DNA of 52,646 nt, the filler included, from Sphacelaria rigidula (taxonomy: Eukaryota), in assembly GCA_964200075.2 (NCBI GenBank). It is 3 parts of 3 records of this genome, joined end to end, with 100 filler letters (N's around TTAATTAATTAA, not from the genome) between each part and the next. Parts side by side here need not be neighbours in the genome. Positions count along the whole stretch, not along the records: positions 35,168 to 52,646 come from CAXNAA020001071.1; 2 more parts are not named here. The stretch is one strand, 5' to 3'. The first letter of the stretch is position 1, and every line of letters starts with the position of its first letter. Below, in pieces: positions 36,770 through 49,277 of the stretch. The translations under genes were made by a program, and so were the position numbers. The notes below the pieces were generated by a model. That model searched no databases and was not told where the DNA came from. It saw nothing but the letters and a program-made list of their open reading frames with translations.

Positions 36770-39700
36770 CTTGATGTTTATCAGAACGTTCCTGTGGTAC
36801 CGGAAAGTATCCACAGGTAACGGTTTCGTCAGCACATCAGCATGCTATTGAGCTGTCGGGACATACTCTACTCGAATGACCTGCTCAGACACCAACTCTC
36901 TCAAAAAGTGATGACGCAAAGCTATATGCTTACTATTGTGGGAGCTTGGCGGATTATTCGCGAGCTGAATGGCTCCCTAGTTGTCCTCGTATACTGTCAC
37001 CGGAATGCAAAGCTTATTCCTCTGCGGTTGCATGGATTTCAGCACCGCCTTCATACAAAGAGCATCCTTCACAACATCCCCCATCGCTACATACTCAGCC
37101 TGAGTCGTACACAATATTAAATTCTTCTGAGTCCGAGAGAAAAATCCAACCGCAGCTCCAGAGAACAATATTGCCCCTCCCGACACTGAACGCAGATCGT
37201 CGAATTTTGCGTAGTCGGCATCTGTATACGCTACCAACTCGTCGCTCGAACCCTTGACACACGTGATCCCTAAACCTACCGTAGCCCTCAGGTATCCAAA
37301 AATCCTCACCATTTTGCGCCAGTCTTCTGGTGTCGGGTTCTCATCGTGCCTGGACGCAGCTCTCACGGCATCGGCGATATCCGGGCGAGAGTTGCTGGAG
37401 AGCCATATCAGCGATCTCACCGCCTCGCGATTTCTCCCCCCAAAGTTTTCTCCCTCATCGACCTTGAAAGAAGATGAAACATACGCGGGGGTCGCTGAGG
37501 TCCTCCCTAGTGATGAAAAACCCGTCTAGAATCCGTTGGATACGCGCACTTCAGAATGCCCTTCTCGCGGTCGTGCCCGTACTCGCACCTCGCATACAAG
37601 ACCAGTTCTCCAAGGTTTCCCGTCGAAAAGTGACAGTTGCGATCTGCAGCCAACTTGTTGCGCACAGCCTCATCACCCACCATGAACATGTCATCGACAT
37701 GAACCACAACTAGAACCTTCGCCTCCGCCCCGTCCATCAAGCTGTAGATGCACGGGTCGACCAAACACTGGTTGAAGCCCAGACTCTTCAGAGTGTTTCC
37801 CAGCTTACCAAACCATTCTCTAGCCGTTTGCTGCATCCCGCCCACCTAGATCTGGTGGCAACCGCATGTACACTTCATCATTCAGCTCAGATTGTACGAA
37901 AGCTTGCTCAACGTCAAAGTGAAAATGCTCTTTACCTCAGCGCAAGCTCCCGCCGCAGCTAGTATGTTGGTTGTTGAGGAAGGGGTCGGTGAAAACGTTG
38001 AAATATCGCCAATCTCTTGACGGTCACTCCTGATAACCGGTTGGGCTTCTACCTTCATCATATAACCATGCTCATCAGTCTTCCACTGAAAAACTCACTT
38101 AAAATCTATTGCCTTCTCTCCTACTGGCGGTGAGTCTACAACTGTCCACGTGTTCTTACGTGCCAATCCTCCACCTCTCTGTTCATTGCATCATTTCACA
38201 CTCCCTTGAAATAAGAATTTCATACATTCTTTACCGTCCTGGATGCTGCCTCATTTTCATCAAGAGTAAAATATGGAATAACCCCCAGCTCGGACTCCCC
38301 TTATTTTCTTGGGACGTCCGTGTCGCTCAGGAAAGCCAGTATCCTATCCGCGCCCCACAAATCCACCATCGACGCCCACAACGCACCGTGATCGCCTTCT
38401 TGATGTTGTAGGTCAGGAACGTGTTGATGCAATCGCCGTTCTCGGCGTTGTTGCTGTAGCAATTGCCTCTGTTGCCTGGTTCGGCCAAGCGTTGGCTCAA
38501 CCTAATCTAGTTCGTTCGCGGCATCTCCGCCATCGACAGACGACGTCCCTGACGAATCACGATCGGAAGATGGTGCTGACGATGTAGACGACGTAGGCGA
38601 CGCGGGCGGCTGCTCCACTGTGTTCTCGCTGTCGTCGGTGTGTGGTCCCTGCTCAGGTTCCGACCGCTCATTGCCATCTCGTTTACGCTCCTCAGACACC
38701 ACAACATCCGTGTATTCCCCCCCCCCCCCCCACTCCGAGGTCCGACTCCCCTGAATCAGAGTCCTCGGGATCGCCCTCCCCGCTCTCTACATCTTGCGAC
38801 ATTTCCCCACCCCGTGTAGAAAACGGAACCGCTGTTTGCGAGCTTGACGGGAGTAAGCGGCACCAAGTGACATTTCTGGTGGTGGTGACACATGCACCTT
38901 CCATCTGTATTCTCGTGGAGTCATGAGGGTAGTTGTAACCAGGTCCTAAGTAAAAACAATCCTATGCTTTGAGCATACGCTTCAAAGTCCTTTCGTACTT
39001 TACGTACCCTGGCTTGAAGGAAGGTAAAAGCTGAACCTGGGGTACTTCACCATGGAACAGTTCATCTGGGGACTCCTTGCCACGGTTAGCCGTTGTAGCA
39101 AAGCGATATATTGCGTCTGCTGCCCAACGATACGATTCAGCACACGTCCTTGTCGGAACATCCACGTCGTACAGTACCTTCGCCTGAATTTGTGCAGCCA
39201 TAGCGGCCTGCTCAACTATTGCTATCGCACGCTCAGCCACACCGTTATACTCAGGACTGTCTGCTGGGGTATACTTCCGTCTAATACCACGTGTCCTACA
39301 CACGGGTCGCTGAAAGACCCAGCAAACTCTCCACCACTGTCTCAACTCACAGTTTCCACCGCCGAGGGAATGCACTTTGCTCGCACATCTGCGAGGTACT
39401 GCTCGAATGCTCTTGCAGGGTCAGACCTGTGTTTACCGAAATACATTCAGATTTTCCGCGAAAACTCATCCCGAACTAGAAACGAGTACTCTATGCCACC
39501 CGTACTCTCAACTAACTTCGGTCCGGACGCATCCATGAACACATGTTCAAACGGCTTTTCTGCTCTAGTGTTGGTTGAAGTTGGAATGGTCTTTCTCAGC
39601 CCCTTAGCCATGGAGCACCCCTTGCACTCCTCCAACTTTCCCACCAATGTTTCCCAACAACAAGCCCTGATGCAGGTGGCCATGAGACTGATGGAGCAGA

Positions 39701-41300
39701 TTGATGTCCACCTGATCGACGTTGATTTGCATATTTCCAGGGGCGAGAACAACATTGGCATACTCATCGTGGTCGACTTGACGATTTGTCGAGGTGGTTG
39801 ACGGTGAAAGTCGAAAGAAAACCATGATATAATCCCTTCCTTCTCGAAAAACGCTTCCATTTCATCAGGCAAAGTAACCACAGTCCCTCTCTTCGTCACA
39901 CTAATCGGCAATACATGTTCCACGGCCGCAATTTACGTCCAAGTCAGGGACATGCGCCACCCTGTTAATACTGAAGATTAGTTGATCATCGTCACCAACT
40001 GTTGATACCAAGAGTTTGTCATAACCTGCTATAGATACTTTATGGCTGTTTGCTACAGTGACCGATACACCCGTGCAAGGTTCGTACTCACAGATTTTCT
40101 CCTTCGATGGAATCATGTGACATGACGCTCCGCTGTCTACTCTCCAACCCTCCTCACCACCGTGATCCAGAATTGGGCGGTCATCTGATACACGGTCTGT
40201 TGCGGACGCGTGTTCAACAGTCTTAGTATCCATCGCAACGTGCTAAAAAATCTACGGAATCCTTGACACTGTCAGATGTACACATCGCGACCATTTTATG
40301 AAACTCCTTGGAGTGTCCCTTGCCTCCACATTCCTCACATATACGTTCAGGGCATTCCGATTTGAAGTGACCGGTCTTACCACGCTCGAAACACGTTAGA
40401 TTATTCCTTCCAATTTTCCGTGTGTTTGTTGGACTACTGCCGACAGTAGTTCCAGTCGTACCGCCGTCACCCTGAACCTTGCTAGTACTATATGCTGTCG
40501 CTGATTTTTGCGACCCATTCCCACCCCCTTTATTCTTACCCTCGGGGGTGGGACCTTTGTTGCCTGTGTAGAAGGCATGGTCGTGATCTGTACTACGCGA
40601 ACCACCTGTTTTCTTGAGAGACATATATTGATATTCGACAACGGCTTGTGCCTTATCCGTCTGCAATGTCGGCCCAAAACGTAATTGATCTCGTACGGTG
40701 GTGTACTCAGAGGGAAATTAATTATGAAACTTGTCCACGACAATCTTGTGAGCAATCTCCAATCCCAGCGACCTAGCACGCGACCCCTTTCGACTGTAAT
40801 CGGACCCAGAGTTCATCAGTGTAGTGACCCTTGCTGTACTTTAGGTTGTTGGACTCGGCCAAAACGTCCATCCTTGAGCTTGATGTTTTCGGAGAAACCT
40901 GTTCATCCAAAGCACGCCATGCTATAGAAGGTGATTGCGGCTCAAAACGTATGTGTTTGCCGATCCCATCCTGAACAGTGTTGAGCAACAAAGTATACCT
41001 AAATCGTGCTTGTTTGATGTCGTCTGAACTCACACCCAACCCTAGTAGCTACTGGTCATTCAAAGGATCAACATAAAGCGCAGATCTCGAAACAATCCCT
41101 CTCCGAATCCGTACATAGAAGCATACCACTCAACTTCTCGCTTCTAGTTCACCCATGCATGACCCTTGTTGCTGTGGAAGGGACGAATTCGTCGAGCCTC
41201 CAATGTTCGAAAATCGATACTTGATAGTATCGACGCAACTTGGGTGTTACTCTGTCTTTGTACATCAACACCCGCACTTGAATCCTTTGCATTCGGGAAT
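36770..41300 (-). pseudogene. copia gag-pol, frameshifted
   Basis: ORF fragments 40773-41039, 40223-40666, 39901-40233, 39447-39923, 39604-39825, 38962-39375, 37507-37845 and 36977-37420. Confidence 0.92.
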
Positions 41301-41795
41301 CCAAGACTGGACATCCTACCCAACGCCGTTCTACCGACTTGAGTACCTCCAGCTCTCGCGGACCGAGTACCGGTCTAGCTGCTGAGTGGTGTTCCCCTTT
41401 CTCTGAAGTCCATCCGACCAGCTTTCTGCTGTGGCGAGCATTTTGTCCCCACTGTTGCGCAAGCCTCTCTAACCCTCCTAGCTTGCCATTCCTTGGAACT
41501 GCGGTATTTTTTCGTCGTGACTATGGTCTCTCGAGCGGAAGACTTCCGCTCTACTACGTTCCTACTTGCCTGCTGCTCGCTTCCTGTACTACTCATGTTA
41601 AATCCAATCTACTAGTCCTAGTCTATCGTAAGTACTAAACGTTGGCGTGTCGATATACTTCGAGCACACATTGGTTCAAGCAGCACCGGCTGCTGAATCA
41701 CAAAGTAAACGGCAGCTCGCACAACTCCAGTTGTCGAGATGGAAATCGATCAAACGAAGGTATGCAGATATCTTTGTTATCGCGTTGAATACCAC

Positions 41796-42136
41796 TGGTA
41801 TAAGAGAGCATAAAACAAACACACACGCTGATCACAGAGGGGCGAGAGGTGCGGGAGCGCACCTCCATCAGCTCCTTGGTAAGCGATGACAAATGTCCCC
41901 TATTTTATCCAATCGAGACCGCACAGCACACCTTAAGGCAACTCTCCGTACTTTCCATCTAGCTGAAGCGTACAGTACGATACAATAGATATCTGCGTTC
42001 CTTCTTAGTCAATTTGGGAACAAAATAGGAAAACACCAGGAAGAACGTTGTGAGGATCAATCTGAACAGTATCCTGGATCTTACGCTCTTGCATCTCACG
42101 CTGTTTCCCATGAGTCAAATTACCACATCATCAACA
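41796..42136 (-). repeat. 5' LTR of the copia element; candidate primer-binding site TGGTATTCAACGCG at 41794-41781
   Basis: TG...CA termini on the - strand; homology with the other LTR visible only over 41936-42136, so the inner boundary is inferred from the PBS-like TGG. Confidence 0.7.
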
Positions 42137-42699
42137 TACCACCCCTTGTTCGATTTAAAATCGCATGATGAGATATGATCTTCACCAATGGACCGTTCAA
42201 CGCGGTCCTAATTGGGTTCATTTGATGAATGTAGGCAAACGACTCTTTGCAGACATCGTTTATAGTAGTTTTCATCTGAAAGAGGAGATTTTTGTATTTT
42301 TTTTCGTAATCGGCATTTGTTTGTTTTTTCGCGTGCCAACCATCACCCTAGCAAACGGTTTATCCCAAGGTTTGGGATTCGGAAGATACTAGACATCCGC
42401 TCCGTATTCCGAAAGAAAAATCGTCTCTGTGCTCAATATTGAACGACCTCCGAGCTGAATTTACAGGGGGTGCTATTGCCCGTTTTTGGTATAAACACAT
42501 TTCTTTCCGGCCCTAGCGCAATGGATACGCGAATAAAAAATAAGAAGGGTCCGTAAAACCATTCATGAGAATGATCAGAATTGGTTCACCTCCGCCTGCG
42601 CCATGCAGAGCTCGGTTGGGCATTTTTGGTCGGGATATTTTCCCGGATTTTCTCGCGTAGCATCCGTCCTTGGCGCTTAAAAGTCTTCGTCGATAGAGT

Positions 42700-43130
42700 T
42701 TTGGACGAGAGGCGGGTCGTGCTCAGAACACAATGATCATTTGGTGTTCACGGGGTGATACGGAGTAAGTACCTTGTTCATTAGGGGGTGTTATCGACCG
42801 TAAATGGTGAATAAAACACAGCATTTTGGCTCTAGCGCAGTACGTAAATATAAACTAAAAAAAGCAATCAATTTCATTTGTCCACGAAAACGATTGGGAT
42901 CGCTTAAATCGAGCAAAAATACTCGAGGGTCAGAACCCGGGACTGGGTAGTCTCAGGACCCCCGAAAAGCGGTCAGCCCGTAAGTCGGTCAATAATGAGC
43001 GCAGATATGATCTCATTTAGAAATGTGGAGGGGATGACTAGCATCTCCCGGTTCCCAAACTTCGGGATCTAACGTTTACTGGTATGAGCGGTGACACGCG
43101 AAAACTCTTCCGAGTATCCCCGACTACGAA
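42700..43130 (-). repeat. Dispersed repeat family; homologous copies at ~46250-46620 (+) and ~52320-52646 (+)
   Basis: Shared motifs GACTTACGGGCTGACCG, TCGGGGG(T/C)CCTG and CGGTC(G/A)ATAACACCC in the same order. Confidence 0.7.
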
Positions 43131-46100
43131 CAAAGTACGAAAATGTCCAACTTCAGATAATAACTACTGTACTTCGTGTCTCGACGCTGTCAAAATCTCT
43201 GCAACATTACCTTGCAGCATTCCTCAGGGATTGGTGGGATAGATGAAGTACCGGCTGGACACATGTATACCCTACAATGTGAGCTGGGGAACGGCAAAGA
43301 AAGTCTCGCTCGAACGTCGTCAATCACCTTCAGGATAGAAGCCGTCCTCCCCACCGAGCATCCCTGTTGAGAGATCGGGTGATTTCGCTGCACAGATCTA
43401 CATGTGCTTTTTGCGCGCGACCTTCTTCACCTGAAGCCGTACTGCAGGAGCCGGCCAATTCGACTTTTTCTCCGTCATTTACCTCGCTATTTTCATCGGA
43501 ACTGTCTTGTTTTTATTGTTGTTTCTCAATTCCATTTTGTGATTGTTTCGGTCCTTGTACTTGTTGTTCAATGTAATCCATTTATTCTATTCTAGTGTGT
43601 TTTTTGGCAAGAGTTTTCATTTTGCTCGCCTACCTTGTGTATAATGATCACGGCTGGGTCTCACGGGGATCACTTCGTTAATATGCGACAATAAAAACTA
43701 AAACCAAGAATTACAAAATGATGTCGAACAATCGTGGGCGCTTGGGGACTAGCAGCGCCATTTCGCATGGCTTCTTCACAGAATCCGCAATGCTCATGAG
43801 TTCAGGGTTACGGCTATGAACAGCGATCAAACCCTTCGCGATTATGTAGCCACGACCCCAAGCCTTCATGGCCATGATCAAGCACATTTTTCTCATTTAT
43901 GGATGAGAAATGCCAAGGTAGGGGTGCACATTTCAGTTCAAAAGTTTCTGGGGCTGCACAACAAGGCCAATATATTTGTCATCGGGAAGCTCCTACAGCA
44001 AAGAGCCTCGGAAAAAGAAGTGCACCCCTACCGTGGCATTACTCGGATATGGTTGATTGAACTATATCTCTCGATCCCGGGGCCGTGTCCAATATCTAAG
44101 CAGCACGTTCTGCAAGGCGTACCGGATGCCCAGGTCTATTTGGTGGCGCTGTTTCCGCGGGCTGAGCGATGCGGTCAGTGGGACTCCACGCCGTGGACGC
44201 TGGTGGACGAGGTAAGCTACAAAGCACGGGCCGGATACCCACCGCACATTGGTGAAGGCGTTCAATGACTGGGTGACGATTATCATTGAAACATATTCAT
44301 AGTGAAGACGTTGTGCGCATCACACCGGTAGGGGATTTGTCGCATACTCCGCTTCACGACATGAGCGCTGTGCGCAGGCTGAACGTCGACGTTAGGATGC
44401 TTCAATGGTGAGAGAGGTGCGAGGAGTAACAACTGAACAAAGGCATAGCACTGCTCGCCCCGGGATGGTGCCTCATCAATTCGTGAAACTACCGAAGTTC
44501 AACCATTGTTTCACGGTTGTGTCTCGACGTGGTATGGAAAATCGCGGGGATCCGAATATGAGAGCGAGGTATTAAGTAGTGTTCCTGGCGTAGGTGGCGA
44601 AGGTTTCGCTCTTCCCGCGATGTTATTATTATATATCCATCACATTAGCTCGATCTCTCGAACCCGTGGTCACAAGTAAGCGGCGAATATCGTGTCAACT
44701 TGTCTATTCTCGAACGACCTCGTCATTGTTCTATTCTTGAGCGGCCTTGAGATGACCGGTGTCTCGAGGTGCCACTGCATTGTGGCTCCGATGTGCCCTA
44801 CAATAGGTCATTCCCAGGTGACAAACCGGGTCATGTCTTGATGCCAAACCTGAAAAGGGCAAACAATGATGATAAACGGGCATCATTTCTCCTGTTGTAT
44901 TCACGCTGAATGTTTTCTTCACATGTATCGACAGTTGGGTTCTCGTGCTTGGTATGTCTGACCAGGGGTCGCTTGGCCTGCTGCCTCCTGCAGGGCTAAG
45001 GCGTGGTTGACCCGCAAACTCGTTCATACTTACGCTGAAGTCGTCTCGTGACCACGCGATAGGTAAATCGAAGCTTGTCCGAGGTGGTCAAACAACAAGA
45101 ATGGGCTTCTCGAGTTGTCTTCATCGACTGCACGGACAGGTGAGCGTGTAAGGGGATGTAAGGTACTGTGATAGACGCGAACGACACTAGATATTCCGTG
45201 TATTTCGTCGAGGTCAGTCTACCGTATGGTTAACGTATGGTCTACCGTATGACCACGGCTCGATTCGTAGAGGATCTGTTCATGTACGACGAGCAGTCGA
45301 ATCGATCAATTCATCATGCCGCGCATCTTTCCTTTTGTGCTCTCCTATTATCTTTTTGCTTTACTTTATTTTGTTGACGGTTCTCTGTGTGCGTCCCCCC
45401 CCCCCCCCTTGCCCCTGCTTTCTCGAGTTTCCTTTTTGCGAGTTTTCCCGTTTACGTTGAATACGCACATCATTTTACCACAGGTGGATATGTAGCAGAT
45501 CTGTTGGTGTGCGACAATCAATCACTGACCTCATCGCAACGGCCAGTTATCCTGAAATTATGCTCACCCTTTTGTCCGATTTTACGAGGTGTTGAACTCC
45601 GTAGGGATTGCATTTGCGTTGTTTTTCGTAGGGAGCTGTTGCGTACCCGTCAACGTGCTATGGCCAGCCATCTTGTAGACGCATGTTGCACAACCACTGC
45701 GTATACATCGGCGAGTGACGCGCGCTCCTCAGCAGGAAAAAATCTCACCAAATGTTTAGCTGAGCGTCTCCAGTAAATGGCTGGATGTGGCGGGCGGAGC
45801 ATCCCAAGTCTCTGCACTTCGAGATTCCTGGAGTGGTGTGTTACAAGCGCCCAGTGGAACGCTCCCTAGCATTTGGTTGTGGTAACAGCCGTTTTCTCGT
45901 GGAACAATACCACGCATAACCATGTGATTCGAGTGCCCTGTGACAGTCTGTCTGAATCAAGATTAGACTGATGCCCCGTCGGGAGCGCAAAACCTGACTT
46001 AATACTGTTATTTTCCGTCAAAGTAACTACTGTATTTGGCGGTTTGGCCGAAAGCACATTTAGTCACCTGTGATGTGCCGCGAGTGGACAATCTGGCGCT

Positions 46101-46185
46101 GGGGGAGTTGACCTTTCACCGGGACGTGCCACACGTGGACACGCAGCACCTTGTATAGCACGATACAGAGGGCCTCTCACAGTTT

Positions 46186-46727
46186 CAGTGCTGGGCGCCT
46201 GAACTGTTCATTTTGTAATTTCTTCGTAATTGGCGATTTTCTTGGGCTCTTTTGCTCGCCACAGCTCATAACGTTGAGAATCTAAAGATGCTTGTTTCCG
46301 CTCTACATTCCCAGAAAAGAAAAATCATATGTACTCAACATTGAGCGACTTACGGGCTGACCGGTCATCGGGGGCCCTGCCACGTTTCAGCCCAGATTAT
46401 GACTTTTCGGTATTTTCCGTCGATCGAACATGTCCCGATCGTATTTGTGAAGAAGTGTACAGGCATTTTATTTTATTTTATTCTACTTTCCCATTGCAGT
46501 AGAGCCGAATAACTGTGTGTTCACCGTCAAAAACACCCTCCTGATAAACGGGGTGTCTACTCGAACGCCTGATAACACCAACTAACAGTAACTTGGGCAC
46601 TGTGTTTTGAGGTCGATCTGTTCATGGTACCAAAATGTACCGACGCTAGCACTCTCGAGTTCTATCGAAGAGTAGTACATGAGAAAATCCCTCAAACAAC
46701 CCAGAACAGTTCAGGCGCCCAGCACTA
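46186..46727. mobile_element. MITE, 542 bp, with perfect 23-bp TIRs (hAT-like YAGTG ends)
   Basis: AGTGCTGGGCGCCTGAACTGTTC (46187-46209) and its exact reverse complement (46704-46726); no clear TSD. Confidence 0.8.
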
Positions 46728-47829
46728 TATTTCGAAAACACTGCGGTGAGGCCTGTGCAGCACTCTTGAATTAACTACCTCTCGCAGCATTCTTGCAGCA
46801 GCGAGTTTTCGACACGCTGTGGTCGACCCTGTGCAGGCACGTCGGCAACCGTGCTCGACCATGCTAGTGTTTGCAGCAGTGTTTTTCCTTCGATCCTTCC
46901 CGCTCAAATACCTGTATCGCACGCTGCAGAAGGCCCTGTACAGTTTTGTTGTGAACACTGCGGCGAGCCCCTCTGTGGGAGGTTTGAAGTTATCACCTCT
47001 CGCGCTAAAGTTCTACAGCATTTTGTACGGTTTGCGGCAGTGTTACTTACATTTTCCGGGAAGGAAGAAAATCCCTGAAAAATGTGAGAACGGATATTTC
47101 AACCAAACCAGGCAGTGTAACGAAGTCATACTGAGGAATTCTCCGACAATCTGGCGTCGGGTTTGTTTTCGAAAACTCGGGAGAAGAGTTCCAATTTTTC
47201 GGGAAAAGCGGGGGGAAAGTGGAAAAAACTAGGCTGATAACCATTTTGGAAGCGGGCTCCCACTACTACGGGTACTACGGGTCAGGACCCCGTCTGCACG
47301 CAAGGTCCACTTGTGAATTGACATTATTTTTAGTCGTTTTCAAGCGAACATACTGCTGATTCACGATGGGCCCTGATCCGCAGTTAGTCCACTCCGGTCC
47401 CGAAAGGGTTGAGGAGGTCTTCAACGGTGAATACTTTTTCGATTTCTCGACTTTTCACCTAGTGTTGGAGGTTTTCCCATCTTGTCCGAAGAATAATCTC
47501 TCAATAAATTTCACGACGCTAGCTATACGGGAAAAGAAAAAACTAAAATGATTTTTGCCTGACCTTGTTGAGAAATTCTCTCACACTTTCGTCGATTTTT
47601 CTCCCAAACTATTCGGAGATTCCGGGGGGAAACAGCAGACCCGTTAATGAGACCCCTAAAAATAGTCGTTCGGTCCGACCCAAACGCTGTAGGAGTAAAC
47701 CCAAACATATGAATATTTTCCCACCACGAAAACCTCGCTTCTTGTCGTACAGGCATACTTGCATTGCCCACGATGCCCCGTCCCCCCCGTCGACTTACCT
47801 ACATTGCACGGTTCGGACGACTAACTCGT

Positions 47830-48221
47830 GACTCAACTCATAGAATCATTTCAACGGATAAATCATACTCTTCGCACATCATTTGAAATTTGTACAGCTT
47901 CTCAGATCGTGCGTCGTGCAGCGCATGTCAAAGGTACCTGCTTCCTACCTTCCGTGAATACGGGGGTAAATAATGGGCACATAGTCAACCCCTGCACTGC
48001 AAATTTGAATGCATCGATTGTACATACCACGCACTTCTTACCATCATGAGCCGGGAACGCCATGTACACTTGCATGACCAAGTCGATGCGCCCTGAACCA
48101 CGCGTAATTTCTCACAGCTGTATTGCGCGCAAGATGCCTGCGCTGCGTATGTGTTATCCACCCTCGACTCAGCGGACCAACCGTTTATACAGCTTGACTG
48201 CTTTCATTTCATGAGGAGTCG
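47830..48221. repeat. Paralogous segment; the second copy is split into 48955-49211 and 51088-51224
   Basis: Shared strings AATTTGTACAGCTTCTCAG, AAAGGTACCTGCTTCCTACCTTCCGTGAATAC, GCCCTGAACCACGCGTAATT, TATGTGTTATCCACC. Confidence 0.85.
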
Positions 48222-48659
48222 GCATAACACCACACTCGGCAGGTACAAGGGATGCCCGGCAGTTTGCCGCGGCTGTTAAGTGCCTTGCACCAGCGATACC
48301 TCTTCGTGATGGTCGAAGGATGCGTTCCTCCAATCAAGAACCATCGACGGCGTGGTTCTATGTTGTTGTGTTTGGACATCACAGGAAGGAAACACGCAAT
48401 ACTGTACTGAAACCACGTGTACCGCGAATTGCTCCTCCGTGCCGGGAGTACACAACATGGAGCACTTTTTCATTTTTCTGTGCTACATCCAGGGGTCATC
48501 AAAGCATTTGCAGACTGGCCGGCAGCGAAGGGGATTTGGCCGGTACTTTGGTAGAGGAAAGAAACATCAAGGGTATCGTAGACTGCACATCGTGAACAAA
48601 GTTGCCCGGTGCGCTCGTAAAAAAGTTATTTCTTCGCCCAATTACAGGATGAATTTGAT

Positions 48660-48827
48660 GGGCAAAAGGAAGATTTATTTCGAACAGCTTTTGCGTTACA
48701 AATTCCACCTACCAGTGCGTACATGGGGTTTGTACAGCCTCTGCGGCTAGAGGGTAGTTCAAAAGCGGACGCTAGGTAGGGTTTCGTTTTACAAAATCCT
48801 CTGCAGGTAGCCGAATGGCCGCGTGTG
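48660..48827. repeat. Isolated end of the CACAC-TIR family (inverted, internally deleted copy of 49278-49630)
   Basis: GTAGCCGAATGGCCGCGTGTG at 48807-48827; 48667-48745 matches the reverse complement of ~49540-49625. Confidence 0.7.
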
Positions 48828-49277
48828 TGGTGTACAGTGGTTCGCCGCGGTTGGCAATTGCTGTGTAAAAACAGACCTCGACGCAACCCACTCGGGGTTT
48901 CCTTGTCCGGACCCAACAACATTGCATGGTTAGGGCGAAAAAATATAATCGCGATTCAACTCATATAGAATCATTCCTATGATTAAATTACACTATTCGT
49001 ACATTATTTGTAATTTGTACAGCTTCTCAGCTCGTGCGTCGTGCAGTACATGCCAAAGGTACCTGCTTCCTACCTTCCGTGAATACCGGGGTAAATGATG
49101 GGCGCGTAGTCAACCCCTGCACTCCAAATTTGAATGCATCGATTGTACATGCCACGCACTTTTCACCATCATAAGTCGCGAAGGTCATGAACAACTTGCT
49201 TGACCACGTCGTTCGAGGTGAGCGCCCGTATATTTTTCCTACCTTCGGGTTAATGCGGGACCCAAAAGTTGTACAGC

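Larger units (their letters stand above)
36186..42136 (-). mobile_element. Degenerate Ty1/copia LTR retrotransposon
   Basis: Minus-strand domain order gag - protease - integrase - RT - RNase H is the copia order. Motifs: knuckle CFERGKTGHFKSEC; WRVDSGASCHM; LLHQSHGH, CKGC, HVFMDASGP, YNGVAERA; LVVVHVDDM; SSNSRPDI, AYTDADYA, AEYVAM, EDN. Many frameshifts and stops; flanked by diverged direct repeats. Confidence 0.95.
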
